A stretch of DNA of 64,000 nucleotides from Octopus sinensis. Taxonomy: Eukaryota. Position numbers and translations under genes: made by a program. The stretch spans positions 22,010,001-22,074,000 of the forward strand of contig NC_043005.1 in the NCBI RefSeq assembly GCF_006345805.1, in the 5' to 3' direction. Each line of letters starts with the position of its first letter. The stretch's first letter is position 1. Below, piece by piece: positions 40,860 through 54,618 of the stretch. The notes under the pieces are model-generated. The model was not told the origin of the DNA and did no database searches. It saw only the letters and a list, made by a program, of their open reading frames with translations.

Positions 40860-41950
40860 TTAGAGACAAAACCACTATTATGCAAATCAAACAAAGAAAG
40901 ACTTAATCGAATACATAAAAAATTTTATATAAATTAAATAAATTTAAATTCGCCACTACAATTGTTTCGTGTCTCTTCTAAGGACATTCATCAGGTGGTA
41001 TTCAGATCTAAAAATAATCAATATTTTAAGATATAAATTTAAAATGACTAAAAAATATAAATAATATAAATTTATCAATGAAAAAATATATATATAATCT
41101 ATATATAATCTATATATAATCAAGAACTAAAATAACCTCTATAAACAATTGAATATAATGAAACCTAGTATTTAAGTTCTCATATTTAAAGATGAAGAAT
41201 CTAATTTCAAAAAACAAAAAGCAAAAATTACAATATATATACACACATGCTCATACCCATATATCTAAGTATATATATAAACATATCTAAATACATACAC
41301 TAACTCACACACCCATATAAATATCTCTATACATACACATAAACCTCTAGGCAACGATAAATTAATAAAGTAGCCGTATATTTCTACACATTACTTATTC
41401 ATACTCCCACACATACACATACAACCCTCATTCATAAACACAGACAACAACACAGAGGAAACACCACATCCATCAGCCGCAGATACTCAACAACAACCCA
41501 CAGAAACATTTCGTTCTTAGCAAGAAACTACCAAATACCATATACCACATATATACAACAACCATACATAAATACTTAAAACAAACACACACACACACAC
41601 ACACACACATATTCCAAATACCACATGCATGCAACAAACATACACAAATACGCAAACAAACACACACACACGCACACATTCACACATACATAAACACCCA
41701 AAGGAAAACAATATTTCTACACATAAACAATGCACACACACACACACACACACAATCACTCACACACAACCGCACTCCCACCATAACACTCCAACACAGA
41801 GGAGTAACAAATTCAGCGGATACATACACTCAGCCACACACATACATGAACATTCCCTACTCAGCAATATACTATTAAAAACACCAACACCACTCTAAAA
41901 CAAATTTATGAATAAGAATAATAACTTATATAAAATTATTCTATTATTAA
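40860..41950 (-). mobile_element. Penelope-like element remnant (pseudo-LTR with hammerhead; microsatellite-laden)
   Basis: Contains the hammerhead at 40953-40998. Minus-strand EIRFFIFKYENLN near 41170-41210 resembles a GIY-YIG C-terminus. Confidence 0.45.
40953..40998 (-). ncRNA. Minimal type I hammerhead ribozyme motif (Penelope-type)
   Basis: Minus strand: CCAC-CUGAUGA-A-UGUC-cuuagaaga-GACA-C-GAAA-CAAUUG-UA-GUGG. Canonical core and GUA site, palindromic helix III, A10.1.C11.1 mismatch. Confidence 0.6.
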
Positions 41951-41998
41951 ACATAACCTAAACCATTTAAAACGAATCTATCTATTTATCAAAGTATG

Positions 41999-42036
<38 letters not shown>

Positions 42037-42106
42037 TATTGAAATACCTTAACATTGTTAAGACATATTTCTGTACTTCTGATTCACTCTATGTTGTGCA
42101 CAACAT

Positions 42107-42154
<48 letters not shown>

Positions 42155-42329
42155 ATGTGTGATAGAATTATATGCGTTTTTCTTTGGGGGTGGGGGACCT
42201 CTATCAGTCAAGTTTGATTGGTTGACTTTTCATCTGAACATGTATGCACAAGCCTGGACAAGATATTTTGCGGAAGATACATAGTTTCTAATACATGCAA
42301 GCCTTTCCTCTCCATGCTACTGATGCTTA

Positions 42330-43380
42330 ATCAAGAAAAAGGCAGCTGACTTGGGCCAATACAGCTTGACATCACTATTAGAATGCAAAGAGCTGGAACA
42401 GATACTGCAAGTTAGGATAAAAGAGATATCTTAGAGAGTGATAATTCCAAGCATATCAAATTGCTAGATCAGGTGATGAAAGTTACAGAAAGGGTTATAG
42501 CTCAATTAATTAGGAAGAGAATTAGCCTTGGTCAGCTGTAGTTTGGTGTGGAGTCAAGTACTACCAATGCCTTCTTCATAGTATGTCAACCACAGGAGCT
42601 GTCTTTAGCTAAAATAAGCTGCTATTCTTGGCATCACTGACCTGGAAAAATCTTTTGACAGGGTCCCTTGCTCTGTGATATGGTGGTTGCTGAGGAAGAT
42701 AGAAGTAGACAAATGGCTTGTGAGCTATTCAACCCTTGTACAGAGAAGCTGTCAGCAAGTTAGATTAGTAATAAGTATTGTGATAAATTCAATGTGCAAG
42801 TAGGAATCCACCCAGGCTGTGTTTTTCATCTTCTACTCAACATAGTTCTCCAAGCTATAAAATATGCATTTAAGGCTAGATACCCATGAACTACTGTATA
42901 ACAATAACCTCATTTTAAAAGCTGAATCTTTTGTAGAATTAGAAAAGAAATTCTAGGTGTGAAAGCAAAACCTAGAATCAAAGGACTCAAGGTTAACTTA
43001 GCAAACACTGAAGTTTTAGTAAGAAAACAGATTGCACTCTACTCCCATCAGGAAAATTGCTTTGGTAGGAGGAAAGGCGGTAGCTAGATATTCCATACAG
43101 TGTACCCTGTACAAACTATGAATGTGTAAGAGGTGCAATGAAATTACAGGCAGATTAACAGAGAAAGTAGACTTTGTATGTAAAATATGCACGAAAATAA
43201 TAAGTACTAAGAACATGCAGAAAATAGATTTTATCTACTGAACAGAAGGATCCCCATTAGTAGTAGATAGTTTTTTTTATCTAGATGGCCTAATTAGCAG
43301 TGGAAGAGGCTGTTCTGAAAGTGTAGTAGCTAGAATGAGAACAGGCTCTAGAGAAAGTTCAGAGAGCTTTCACCAGTGTT
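42330..43380 (+). mobile_element. Decayed RTE-like RT fragment
   Basis: Contains DLEKSFDRVP, VGIH and GLKVNLANTE-like remnants with many stops. Confidence 0.7.
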
Positions 43381-46300
43381 GCTAACAATAGGCTGCTCTC
43401 AGAATGAGTCAAGCTTTTCCTTCCCATTCATCTCTTTATCATTCACACCTCCATCACTCTTAATTACTCAATAATTCTGCAGCTGTAGTTTATCAAAAGT
43501 AGAACTACATATTTCATCTTCTTTCTGTGGAAAGAAAATGGAATTACTTATTTAGTTAAGGACAATACTTCCTTCTCCATCCTTATTTTCTTTTCCAGAT
43601 GAAACCTGAAAAAAGTTGATGAGAAATAGTCAGAAGAGGAAAGCCTCTATCCTCAGAAGTTTTAACTTTGTCCACAGCACTTTTCTTATAGCCACAAAAG
43701 GGAGTATAAAGAAACAAGCCAGCAATATGCAGACACCAAATAAATGCATACAAAAGTGCTCTATATACATCTTGTATAGGTCTAAGGTGCTTTCATACCA
43801 GTAGAGTTTATCTTAAACTGGTAGTGCTCCAGCTAGCACTGCTGGGCCAAGGACTCCTGGAAGCTATCTGTAGTAATCACTGACCTGAAATTCCAACCAG
43901 TTAATTTTCATTCAATGTTAGAACATCATTGTTCTTTCTTTTCACTAACACTCCATAAATTGCTAGAGTGAAACTTCCACTAATTCTATTGCTCTATTGA
44001 TAAAGGGTAATGAATATCTGATGGGGTTCCTGATGCCAGGTACACAGTTTTGATCTAAGCTTCATCCTGGACTGTAGCTCTGTCAAGGAGAAGAAAATAG
44101 TCAAGATAAGAAAAGATTGAAGAGAATTCAGGAAGCTGCTACTTATGCTAGTAACAGAGTAAAGGGTAGATTCTATGATACTCATGTTAGAACTAGTGAT
44201 TCTATGATGCTCATATTAAAAGCTAGTGAGGTATGAACTTTGAATGCAGAAGACTTGCTAAGGCTAGAAAGAATGAGGCAAGCATGCTCTGCTGGAAGTG
44301 TAATGTTAGTATGCATAAACATCAAAAATACAAGTGAACTGAAAGTGTTGTATACAAGACAGAAGGCTATGCTGGTATAGGCATGTGATGTATATGAAGA
44401 GTAACTCCTGCATAAGGATGTGCCATGTACTTCAAGTTAGTGGAATCCACAGAAGAGGATGACCAAGAAAGATATGGGTTGAAGTGGTGAAAGCTGACTT
44501 GAAAATGCTTCATCTCTCATAGATAACAAAGGACCATATAAATTGGTTATATGAGATATTGCAGAAGACCCATGGCAACATAAACTAACTCAAGAGTACT
44601 GTTTAAAGGTTACAATATTTATACCCTGCCAGGCCTACATTTTCTTTCCTATCACCTTATATCTTTGACCCCTCCATCTACTAATTACTTGAGATTTGTA
44701 CATGTTCTACAACATAAGGACCAGAAGCATGAGGTGTTCAAGGTTGCAAGTTAGTGTTAGAGAGAGCAAAAAATAAGCATATCTGAAATGAGGAAACTGT
44801 GGAGAAGTGTATCTGAAATGAAGAAAGCAAACTAACTATTATTGTTGATGACAAGAAAGAGACAAGTAATATTATGAATGGAATAATATATGGGGAAAAA
44901 AGGGGGCTACCTCATACTGATCCAACCAAGAGACTCACAATTCAAGTTGATTGCAGTGTGGTGGTAAAGTGATTAAAACATGAAAGCAAGGAAAGTTACT
45001 GGCCCAGCTTGGATAGTAACTAGTCTATTCAAAACATCTGCTAGGTAGGATACATGATAATCATCCTTTACACCCAACTTTTTATCACTTGTAGCTCTTC
45101 ATCTCTCATCTCATTCATAATGTCTATGTTGATCACAACATCCTCATCATTGCTAACTTGCTCTTTAGCAGACCTAAACATTGGAGACTACATTAAGCCA
45201 CCATTATCTCCACCATCCAATGCATTCAAACTTTGCTGTGCTATGCTGCCAGCCAACTAGTATGCTCCCTCTTCTGAAATACCTCTATTGCTTGCTATCT
45301 CCTCATCTACATCTACTTTATCTGTTATCACCAATCACTCCTTCCCTCTACAACCACTTTCATACATCACTATTTTCTTTTCATGCTCTTGTTCTGTCTA
45401 CTCTCCCACCCATTTTGTTATCATTGTTCTTTCTTGTTTTTTTTTTCTCTCTCTTTAATTACCCTCATTAGTCACCTATGCAAATGTAAACACCCTAATT
45501 TTTTTACTATCTATATCTATATTTACCTCTCTATCAAGACCTCTCAAACAACATTTCCTAACCTTTCTGTCATTATTGTTCACTTTCCAAATTTACATTT
45601 ACAGCATACAATACCCTGCCTCCCACCTACTGTTCACACAGTAAAGTGTTGGTTAAATGAGCAGAGAAAGTGCAGGGTTATATGACCCCTCTAGTCTTCG
45701 TTTTCAAAATATTATTCAATTCAATCTCTCTAACACTGGTATCATGAGAAAATGCCCCCAGTACACTCAGTAAAGTGATTGGTATTAAGAGGGGCAACCA
45801 ATCATAGAACCTAAACAAAAGGATACATTCAAGCAACAACTGGTCTTTGGGAGTTATCACTGATGGTTGAGGGACAGGCAATTCCAAATGTGAGGACCAG
45901 TATGGAAAGTGGACAAATGATGATGGTGATGATGAGGATGACCATCATGATGATAATGGAAGCAATGATGACGATGATGATCTAAAATTTCAAGCTTGTA
46001 CTAGTTTTTCAAGTGAATTGATATCTCACTATTTTGAAACTAAAACAGTTGCATTGGTGCAGAGTCATGATAACAATTTAAAAGACAACAAATATTGCTA
46101 TAGTTACCTTTGTTTCATTCAGTGCCCAGATTGTAAATGTATGACAAAACCTTTTGATTGTTAATAACACTATTTTATAAACAGCTTATGCTCTTGGACA
46201 TTCCCTTCGCCAGCTGATGGTTGGAAATCACTGTGATTCTGATACCTTCCAACAATATCAATACCTCCGATTATGCCAAGCAGCATTGAGGCAAGCAAGG

Positions 46301-47216
46301 AACATCAATATCCTTTTTGTTCACACTTTCGTTTTTCATATTTTAGGTCCTTCCTACTTCTGTATTACCTTCCAATAATCAGGAATATCATCATCAGGAA
46401 TATCATCATCATCATCACATCATCATTTAACGTCCATTTTCCATGCTGGCATGGGTTGAATGGATTGACAGGAGCTGACCACCGAAGAACTACTCAGACT
46501 CCATGTCTGTTTTGGCATAGTTTCTACAGCTGGATGCCTTTCCTAATGCCAACCACTTTCCAGAATGTACTGGGTGCTTTTACATAACACCAGCATAGGT
46601 GCATTTACATGGCACTGGTGTGGTTGCTTTATGCATGGCACCAGCATCCATGAACCTGCGAGATTAGGAATGCTCAGCTGGCAAAGGATGCAGGAGACAA
46701 GGCTGCATGCAAGGACAACCACACTTTTACTTAGCTTGACATGTCTTTTCAAGCACAGCAAACCACCAGGAGTCTTGGTCTCCTGTCATACCCTCTGTGA
46801 GTCCCAACATCTGTAGATCCTTTCTCATGAATTCATCCAATGTCTTCCTGGCTGCATTCCTTCCAAATGTTCCCTCGACAGTTAGTGATCAATACCTCTT
46901 GATGCAACTGCCTTAATTTGTATGCTTTATGTGGCCATACCAGCACAGTCTTCTCTCTTGCACTCAACATCTGATGCCTCATATACCCAATTTTTCTCTC
47001 AGATCAGTTACACTGTCATATATGCACTCTTACATTACCCATCCGTTGGAGCATACTGGCTTCTTTTCCTTCAAGGCTTTGCATTTCCTCACTAGTCACA
47101 GCCCATGTATCACTGCCATGTAGCATAGCTGTTCATATGCAAAAACAAAAGGGAATAGAATGGCATATGTGTGCTTTAAATCTCTACTTAAAATTTATAT
47201 TATCATTATTTTACAG

Positions 47217-47488
47217 AACCTACTTCATGCAAAGAAATGAAAAAGTGTGGCAAGAATATAACTGATGGTGAATACTGGATTTACCCCTCTATTCTTAATC
47301 ATAATAGATTAAAGGTTTACTGTTACAATATGAAAACAGATTATCCAAAAGAATATATCACCTTACCACAAGAAAATTTTGCATCTATACCAACTTTGAA
47401 ACCAATCCGGATATGTGCAAAACTCTTTCATAGTAGAATAGACAGACCCGGGAAAATTGTATTTCAGAAAGTTCGGATTTTCCCACAG
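47217..47488 (+). CDS. GON domain, exon 1
   Basis: ttacag|AA, CAG|gtaaat, phase 1-0. PTSCKEMKKCGKNITDGEYWIY...LKVYCYNMKTDYPKEYITLPQENFA...VFQKVRI resembles the ADAMTS9/20 GON N-terminal motifs (PxxC, DGEY, KIFCxxM, PKEYxTL, F-x-K-I-R-I) as I recall them. Confidence 0.88.
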
Positions 47489-48249
47489 GTAAATGTTTCA
47501 TTGTTTGTTTTATTTTCATGGTGTTTTCTATTAATTAGGGATTTGTTTATCTAGAAATTTTATCCTTTAGCACAATTTTAGCTAAGAAATCTAATTTGAC
47601 AAACTCCAGTGAGATTTGAAAGTTTCAGAAGGAAATAAAAATATTCACTAGAGTTAGTACAATAGTAATGTTGCACTAGCTAAATCTGGAAATACAGAGA
47701 AAATTGAAATTATTCCATTTAGGTACTTCTCTAAGTAAAGCTGAACAGATTATGTAACCCAACATATGAACTTGGGAATGCTGTCAGACATGCTAATGAT
47801 AAAAAGATGGATAAATGTAGCAATGTTAATGATAGTAATAACACAGGAATCTGCAGGAGACTTGAAGGAAACATTCTTTTTTTGAAAATAACCATTAAAA
47901 AATATATAAATAAAATTTATTGTCATACAATGAACAGATTCTCTCATGCACGATATGAGACACATGCAAAGTAAACAAACAACATAAACATCAGGAAGAA
48001 TGTAAATTGATTAATTATACATACATTCAAATGTTTATACAATTATGTATACAGTTTAATATCCACAGGATTACACATACACTCTAATGTTTACCCAAAT
48101 ACATAGATTTTACACCATACACATGCACATGAAAGCCTATGTCATGCTTTTCTGTTTGGCTTGCAGCTGTGGAAATTTCAAAGTTTACTGAAAATTTTTT
48201 TAATTTGATGTATTAACGTAGCACTAACAGCAAAGTTCTTGTCATTGCT

Positions 48250-49550
48250 GGAGAGAGAAGCATCCTGAAAAAAGATCCTACATTGATTGTAATAAGCTTG
48301 AAGTCAGATGGAACATTACAAGAAAGAAATTACTGACTTAGAGATTGACCAGATTAGATAATCAACAAGGGATAAATGGAATGCTGATGAAACTAAAGAA
48401 GATACTAATGAATAAATAATTATAAACCGACCCATGTCTGAAGAAAACTCAATAATGGTAGGAAAGAGTTAATGTAACTGATAAACGAAGTGAAACATTA
48501 CATGAATCAGCCTTAAATATCAAGGAAGATGAAAATTAAATAGATGCTAACAATCATATAGAAACTGACCCAAAGAACTAACTCATCTAAAAAATCAAAT
48601 CAAGATTGAATGGCTGAAAGTTAAGGAAACCAGTATGGATGAACATGATACTCTCCCAAAAATTTGTAACTCTAGCCAAAACCTGAAAGTAATTGATAAA
48701 ATCTGCATTGCCTTTAAAGATATAATTTCAGCTAATGATTTTGATATTACAGAACTCAACTATTATTATTATGCATCGTCTAAGACCTCAACAAGTCTGT
48801 GTGATAATAAAATTAAAAAAACGAAAGCATTCCCACACAGAGCCTATTTGGCAAGAAAGAATTCATCAACAAATTCACTACTAAGTTCTGACATGGAATG
48901 TATTAAAAAATGTTCAATCTAATAAGAATATCAAACCAACAGAAATAGGAAAATTAAGAAAAAATTTAATATGAAATCCATATCCAACATCAATATCACT
49001 ATAGAAACTATCAAGAGCAAAAGGTGTCTGCTAAAGCTGCCCAAGTAGCACATTATGAAAAGTGAGCTAGGTTCTTTAAGGACAACAACATATTCAAAAA
49101 TAATCCGAAAAATTTTTACAAATTATAGAAGAAACATCATTTACAGTGAAATCTGTCCCATCTGTTGCACCAAAAGAAGAAGTGTCGGAAATTTGGAGTA
49201 AAATCTGAGGAGAACGAAAAATCCCACAATAAAAATACTCCTTGGATTGACAGAATATCTGCTGATTCAGTCCACATAGAAGAGCAAAAGTGAGAGAATA
49301 TCAAGGCAGAGGATGAAAGATCTACTCTCAGAAAGCCAAGCAAATAGAAGTCTCCAAGAAAGAATGGAATTCATAATTTTTGGTCAAATGCTTTTTCAGA
49401 AAGTCATAAACTTCTGATTAGATGCTATAAAAATGATTTGCAGCAACCTAATAAAATGCCCTCTTGGCTAGTTAATGGTGTTAATTTTTACTTCCAAAAA
49501 ATGAAGATAGAAATGAACTGAAGAACTATAGATCTGTATTGTAAGATACA
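48250..49550 (+). mobile_element. R4/Dong-like non-LTR retrotransposon remnant (N-terminal RT region)
   Basis: Decayed motifs near 49330-49530 resemble WKSPGxDGIHNFW and KNYRPI. A-rich, many stops. Confidence 0.55.
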
Positions 49551-49798
49551 GGTACCACTGATGCTTGAGCTGATTTACTAATTACTAGGAGCTGTATATG
49601 ACTGCTGATGTTGGGAGTTAACTGTTAAAGTAACTCTCATCTTATTATTATGTATGTTAGGAAGGGCATCCAGCTGTAGAAACACTGCCAGATCAGACTG
49701 GAGCTTGGTGCAGCCTACTGGCTTCCCAGACCCCAGTCGAACCGTCCAATCCATGCCAGCATGGAAAACGGATGTTAAACGATGATGATGATTATATT

Positions 49799-49838
<40 letters not shown>

Positions 49839-49846
<8 letters not shown>

Positions 49847-49977
49847 CATACATACAGATAAATATATAATATATATATATAAAATATACATACATACAGA
49901 TAAATATATAATATATATATATATATATATAAAATATACATACATATAGATAAATATATAATATATATATATATAAA
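49839..49977. repeat. Three-copy ~45-bp minisatellite grown out of a TA microsatellite
   Basis: aaaatatacatacata(c/t)agataaatatataat(at)n occurs three times. Confidence 0.9.
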
Positions 49978-50312
49978 AGACCCCCTTCGGTCATGAATGA
50001 CCATGGGATTGCACCTAGAAAGTTACCCTCCTAGACACAAGTCCGGGCAAGGTTGTTTATGGAAGACCAGCAGTCGCCCATGCATACCGGCCTCCCCTCT
50101 CCATGCCACCAGTGTTATCCAAGGGAAAGACAAAGGCCGATACAGCTTGGCACCTGTGACGACGCAACTCATTTCTACAGTTGAGTGAACTGGAGCAACG
50201 TGAAATAAAGTGCCTTGCTCAAGAACACAACACGCAGCCCAGCCCGGGATTCGAGCTCACAACCTCACGATCGTAAGCTCGACGCTCTAACCACTGAGCC
50301 ATGCGCCTTCAC
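49975..50312 (-). mobile_element. tRNA-derived SINE with Pol III A/B boxes and a CORE-like central domain
   Basis: Minus strand begins gtgaaggcgcaTGGCTCAGTGGttagagcg...GAGCTCGAATCCcgg...gtgttgtgttcttgagcaaggcacttt. An older relative lies at about 26740-27010. Confidence 0.85.
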
Positions 50313-50327
50313 ATATATATATATATA

Positions 50328-51616
50328 CGAGGGGCGTTCAATAAGTAATGCCCCTGATCCACTTGAAGTTGTTCGATCTAGCTGAAATTTTGCATGTGCA
50401 ATTACTTATATCTCTATAGATTAAGTGGCAAATTACAGCTCTAAACTAATTGTGGTTTCTGATTTACAGGTGTTTGAACTGAGTCAAGTGTGAAATGGAG
50501 TCTGTTGAATGTCGAGCAGTGATCCGGTTTTTGTATTTGAAAGGACGCACACCACGGGAGACTTTTGATGAAATGAAAGTAACTTATTATGATAATGCCC
50601 CATCATATGACCTTGTAAAACGCTGGCATCGTGAATTCAAACATGGTTGGAACTCTGTGGAAACAGCTCCCAGATCTGGTCGCCCCCTTCTGCCATTGAT
50701 GAGGCATCTGTCCATCAAGTTGAGGCTGCCATTTTGGAAGATCGACGCATAACTATTCGCGAAATAGCCCATGAGGTCAAGATTAGTACCAGGTCTGTGG
50801 AAACTATCATTCATGACTATTTGCATATGCAAAAGGTGTCTGCCAGATGGATTCCCAGGTTGCTCACATTTTTCCAGAAGCAAGAACGTGTCGATTGCTC
50901 GAGGATGAATTTGGAGATGTGCCAAGAAGATGAGTCAAAATTTTTCAAAAGACTGATTACACAGGATGAAACCTGGGTCCATCACTATGATCCAGAGACC
51001 AAAGCCCAGTCAATGCAGTGGAAGCACCGTGACACCCCTCCTCCAAAGAAGGCAAGGGTGCAGCCCTCCGCTGGCAAGGTCATGCTCACAGTCTTCTGGG
51101 ACCAGGACGGAGTAGTGATGACAGATTTCCTGGCAAATGGTGCCACAATTACAGGAGCCTATTATGCTTCACTTTTGAGGAAATTAAGAGAAGCTATCAA
51201 AGTCAAGAGGCGGGGTAAGATCAGCAAAGGCATCCTCCTCCTGCAGAACAACGCTCTGGTCCACAACTCGCGTGTCGCCAGATCAGAAACACAGGCGTGC
51301 GGCTATGAACTCCTCCCCCATCCCCCTACTCTTCTGACCTTGCACCTTCTGATTTTCACCTCTTCCCAGCCATGAAGTTGTTTTTGAAAGGAAAGCGTTT
51401 CCCAGATGATGCAGCCTTGATTTCTGAAGTCACGTCGTGGCTGGAGGACCAAGCTGGTGTCTTCTACAGAAACGGTCTTCATGACCATTTGCATATGCAA
51501 AAGGTGTCTGCCAGATGGATTCCCAGGTTGCTCACATCTTTCCAGAAGCAAGAATGCGTCGATTGCTCGAGGATGAATTTGGAGATGTGCCAAGAAGATG
51601 AGTCTGCCAGATGGAT
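50328..51616 (+). mobile_element. Relatively young mariner element; transposase with two frameshifts and a rearranged right end
   Basis: TA-cgaggggcgttcaataag left TIR. MESVECRAVIRFLYLKG...WIPRLL...ITQDETWVHHYDPE...KVMLTVFWD...LLQNNA...HPP / DLAPSDFHLF. 51479-51604 duplicates 50811-50936. No right TIR. Confidence 0.92.
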
Positions 51617-51742
51617 ATATATGTGTGAGTGCGTGTGTATGAATATACTCTTTCTGCAGCCGTTTATGATGCCTGTATGTGTGTACACACACACGCACAA
51701 TTGAGCTAATTATCATATTTATATTTATTTTTCTATCTATAG

Positions 51743-51919
51743 GATATGAGTATTGACAGACATGATTTTACATTCTCAAAAGGAGGAAAGAGCAGAATAA
51801 AAAGCAGACAAGGTTTCGGTGATGCTGGAGATTGTTTGTATAAGAAAAAAGCTTTCTGTTTCAGTAAAGGTACAATGATTGTAAACCTGCAAAACACTGG
51901 CCTAGTCGTTGATGAAGGG
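51743..51919 (+). CDS. GON domain, exon 2
   Basis: ctatag|GAT, GGG|gtatga, 177 nt, phase 0-0. DMSIDRHDFTFSKGGKSRIKSRQGFGDAGDCLYKKKAFCFSKGTMIVNLQNTGLVVDEG contains the GON motifs D-x-x-F, F-x-x-AGDC and NL-x-x-TGL. Absent from the ORF track. Confidence 0.85.
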
Positions 51920-54618
51920 GTATGATAATTTCCCTTTTATTGGTGTTAATTTCATAAGTTCAAATTTTATGTGATTTATTTAACTTGGTACAGTCAAATG
52001 TGTAGATGATGAGTACACCTTCCCAAATCTTAGAGCAACTTATAAGAAATTGGGTATATTGTTCAGTAAGGTATACTGTGTGTGTATGCATGTATATGTC
52101 TATGCCTGTTATGTATATATATATATATGTAGACATACATTCATTCCAGCCTGGCCACTAACCATTTTTTCTTCTTTCCAATCACCTTTTCTCCTTTTTT
52201 ATATTTTTCTCTTCCTTTTACTTACATTATTTCTTTGTATTTTATTCTGTATTTATAGTGTTTCACATTATATATATATATATATGAAAAGTCTAACTGT
52301 ATTTATCTGTATTACTAGCTCCATATCAGCTTGATATCAATTTCTCTTATAGCTACTCTTGAAGATGTAGGCCTTGCCCCAGATGAAGAGGTTGGAGCTT
52401 AAGTTCAAATTCATTCAAGCACTATTATGTATTTTCTATATTGAGATTATCTACCTCTCACCTATTAACTGTGTGTATATATGTGTGTATATTTTTTATA
52501 TGTGTGTATATTTTACCAATATATATTAATATTGGTAAAATATTATTAGTAGTAGTCATAGTGGTAAAATGCTGCATGTTAATATGCTAACAAGAGATGG
52601 GCCTTGAGCACAGAGGATTTGAGAAGACTGGAAAGAAATGAAATGAGCATGCTCCATTGGATGTGCAATGTAAGTGCACATGAACAACATACCAAAATGT
52701 GCTGAAAGGAGAAATTTGGCATAAGAAGAATCAGTAGCGTGCTAGTATGGACATGATATATATGGATGAGGACAGCTATATAATGAAGTGCCAATCACTT
52801 AATGTCGGAGCTTGTAGAACAGAGAGATATATGACAGTGTTGAAACCTAATCTAGAACCCTAAGTCTCATAGGGGTGATGACAAAAGACTGGGATAACTG
52901 GTGATGTGCAGTTCTTGAGAAGACCTGCCCACCTTGACAAAACTGAATTCTCGAAGCACTGTGTATGTATATATGTATATGCACAAATGAGCACCTTACC
53001 CATTCTCCTTCTCCTGTCACATCATTTCTCTCACTCCAAATCTCCCTTGACATCACTTATTTTTCTTATTACCCAAAATCATTTCACTTGTTAGTCAGTC
53101 TTCATCCATTACTATTGTTTTCGCCACTTTGTTATATTGGTCATTACCCTGCACTAAACCACCAAATACTCCCTCCTCGTGACCTATGCCAGCCTCTCTT
53201 CCCCTCTACTACTGCTACCTGTCTAACAACATATCATCTCTCTCTTGTCTCCTGATGTCAACTGTATCATTGTTACTATCCAACGGCTCTTCCAGTTCTC
53301 TCTTCTGCATTTATCTACCTTCCTCAACTCATGCATCAGTGCTTATCCTCCTCCTATTATCCACCACTCTCAACACCCACTCTTTAACCTACTTAATGGA
53401 AACCTCAATAAGCTGTAAAGAAAGCAGAGACATACTGGAAATACTAGGAGATAGTTGGAATAGTCTATCAAAGATGGCTAAGACTTGGCAGTTACAGCAC
53501 GAAGAGTGGATACCAGGAACAAGAGATAGCTCACAGTGCAAAGGATTTGTGATCCAACAGAGGAGGATCACAGAATGAAGGTAGTAGGGCTTGACTACCA
53601 GGAACAATGGACACAGAAGGATGAGGCTCTCAAGCAGCCACTGTACTGGAAAGAACTCTGGGGCACTGACCAGGGAAGATTGTCCTTCCTCTTTCATGCT
53701 GTCACCAGCCTCTTGCCAACTTCAAATAACTTTTAAATATGGAGCAGACTCATCCTGCAAGCAGTGTGGAGCAACTTTTTGCACCCTAAACTACATTTTG
53801 ATCAGATGCCCTAGGACACTGAGGGAAGGCCAATACAAGTGAGATGTGACTGAACTCAGTGGAAGGACAGAGTTGATATTTCCCACCAGGTAAAGAAGAC
53901 AAAATATTAGGACTTCATTGACAAGGCCCTTGTTAAGGGATGGTATGTGGCTTCATTCCCCACTGAAGTCAGCTGCCATAGCTTTCTCTCTAGATCTGTG
54001 TGCTATTTCCAACAGAAAATAGGTTTGGAATGCAGACAACTGAAGAAAGCTATCAAGGAGAAAGACATGGCAGTTGAAACAAGCTCAAATGGCTAAGGTT
54101 GATAGGAGATCAGAAGTGGAGCCCTTCTACAGGTGAAGACTATTTCAGTTCCCATTGCCCCACTCAGGTAAAGTGTACACTGCAAGGGGTGAAACACTTG
54201 TGACCTTGAAATACTTACTGACAATACAGGAGGGTTTCCAGTATTGCAATGGATTTTGACGAGCTTGCAAAACATCTTAGTAATTCCTGCAGTTTCTGCA
54301 CAGCACAAATCATTTATGATGTTTACTTCACCTAAGAATTATGTAGGCTGAATTGTCATGGTTGGAATACCTTTGTTTTCTTTTTTTAAAGTTATTATGT
54401 ATGTAAAATCTAGAGAAGAATAAAGTATCAGGATTACAATGTGTGAAATGTCTTACTCAGAGATCCAACACAAAATTTGAACTCATGACCTTACAGTTTG
54501 TAGTTCAGCATGATTTACATCACTTCTATTAGGATTCCTAACTATCTTTTTTCAAAATGTTATTTTATATGATTATTGTGACTTCCTGACCAACCCACCC
54601 CTTTCTTTATAACTTCAG

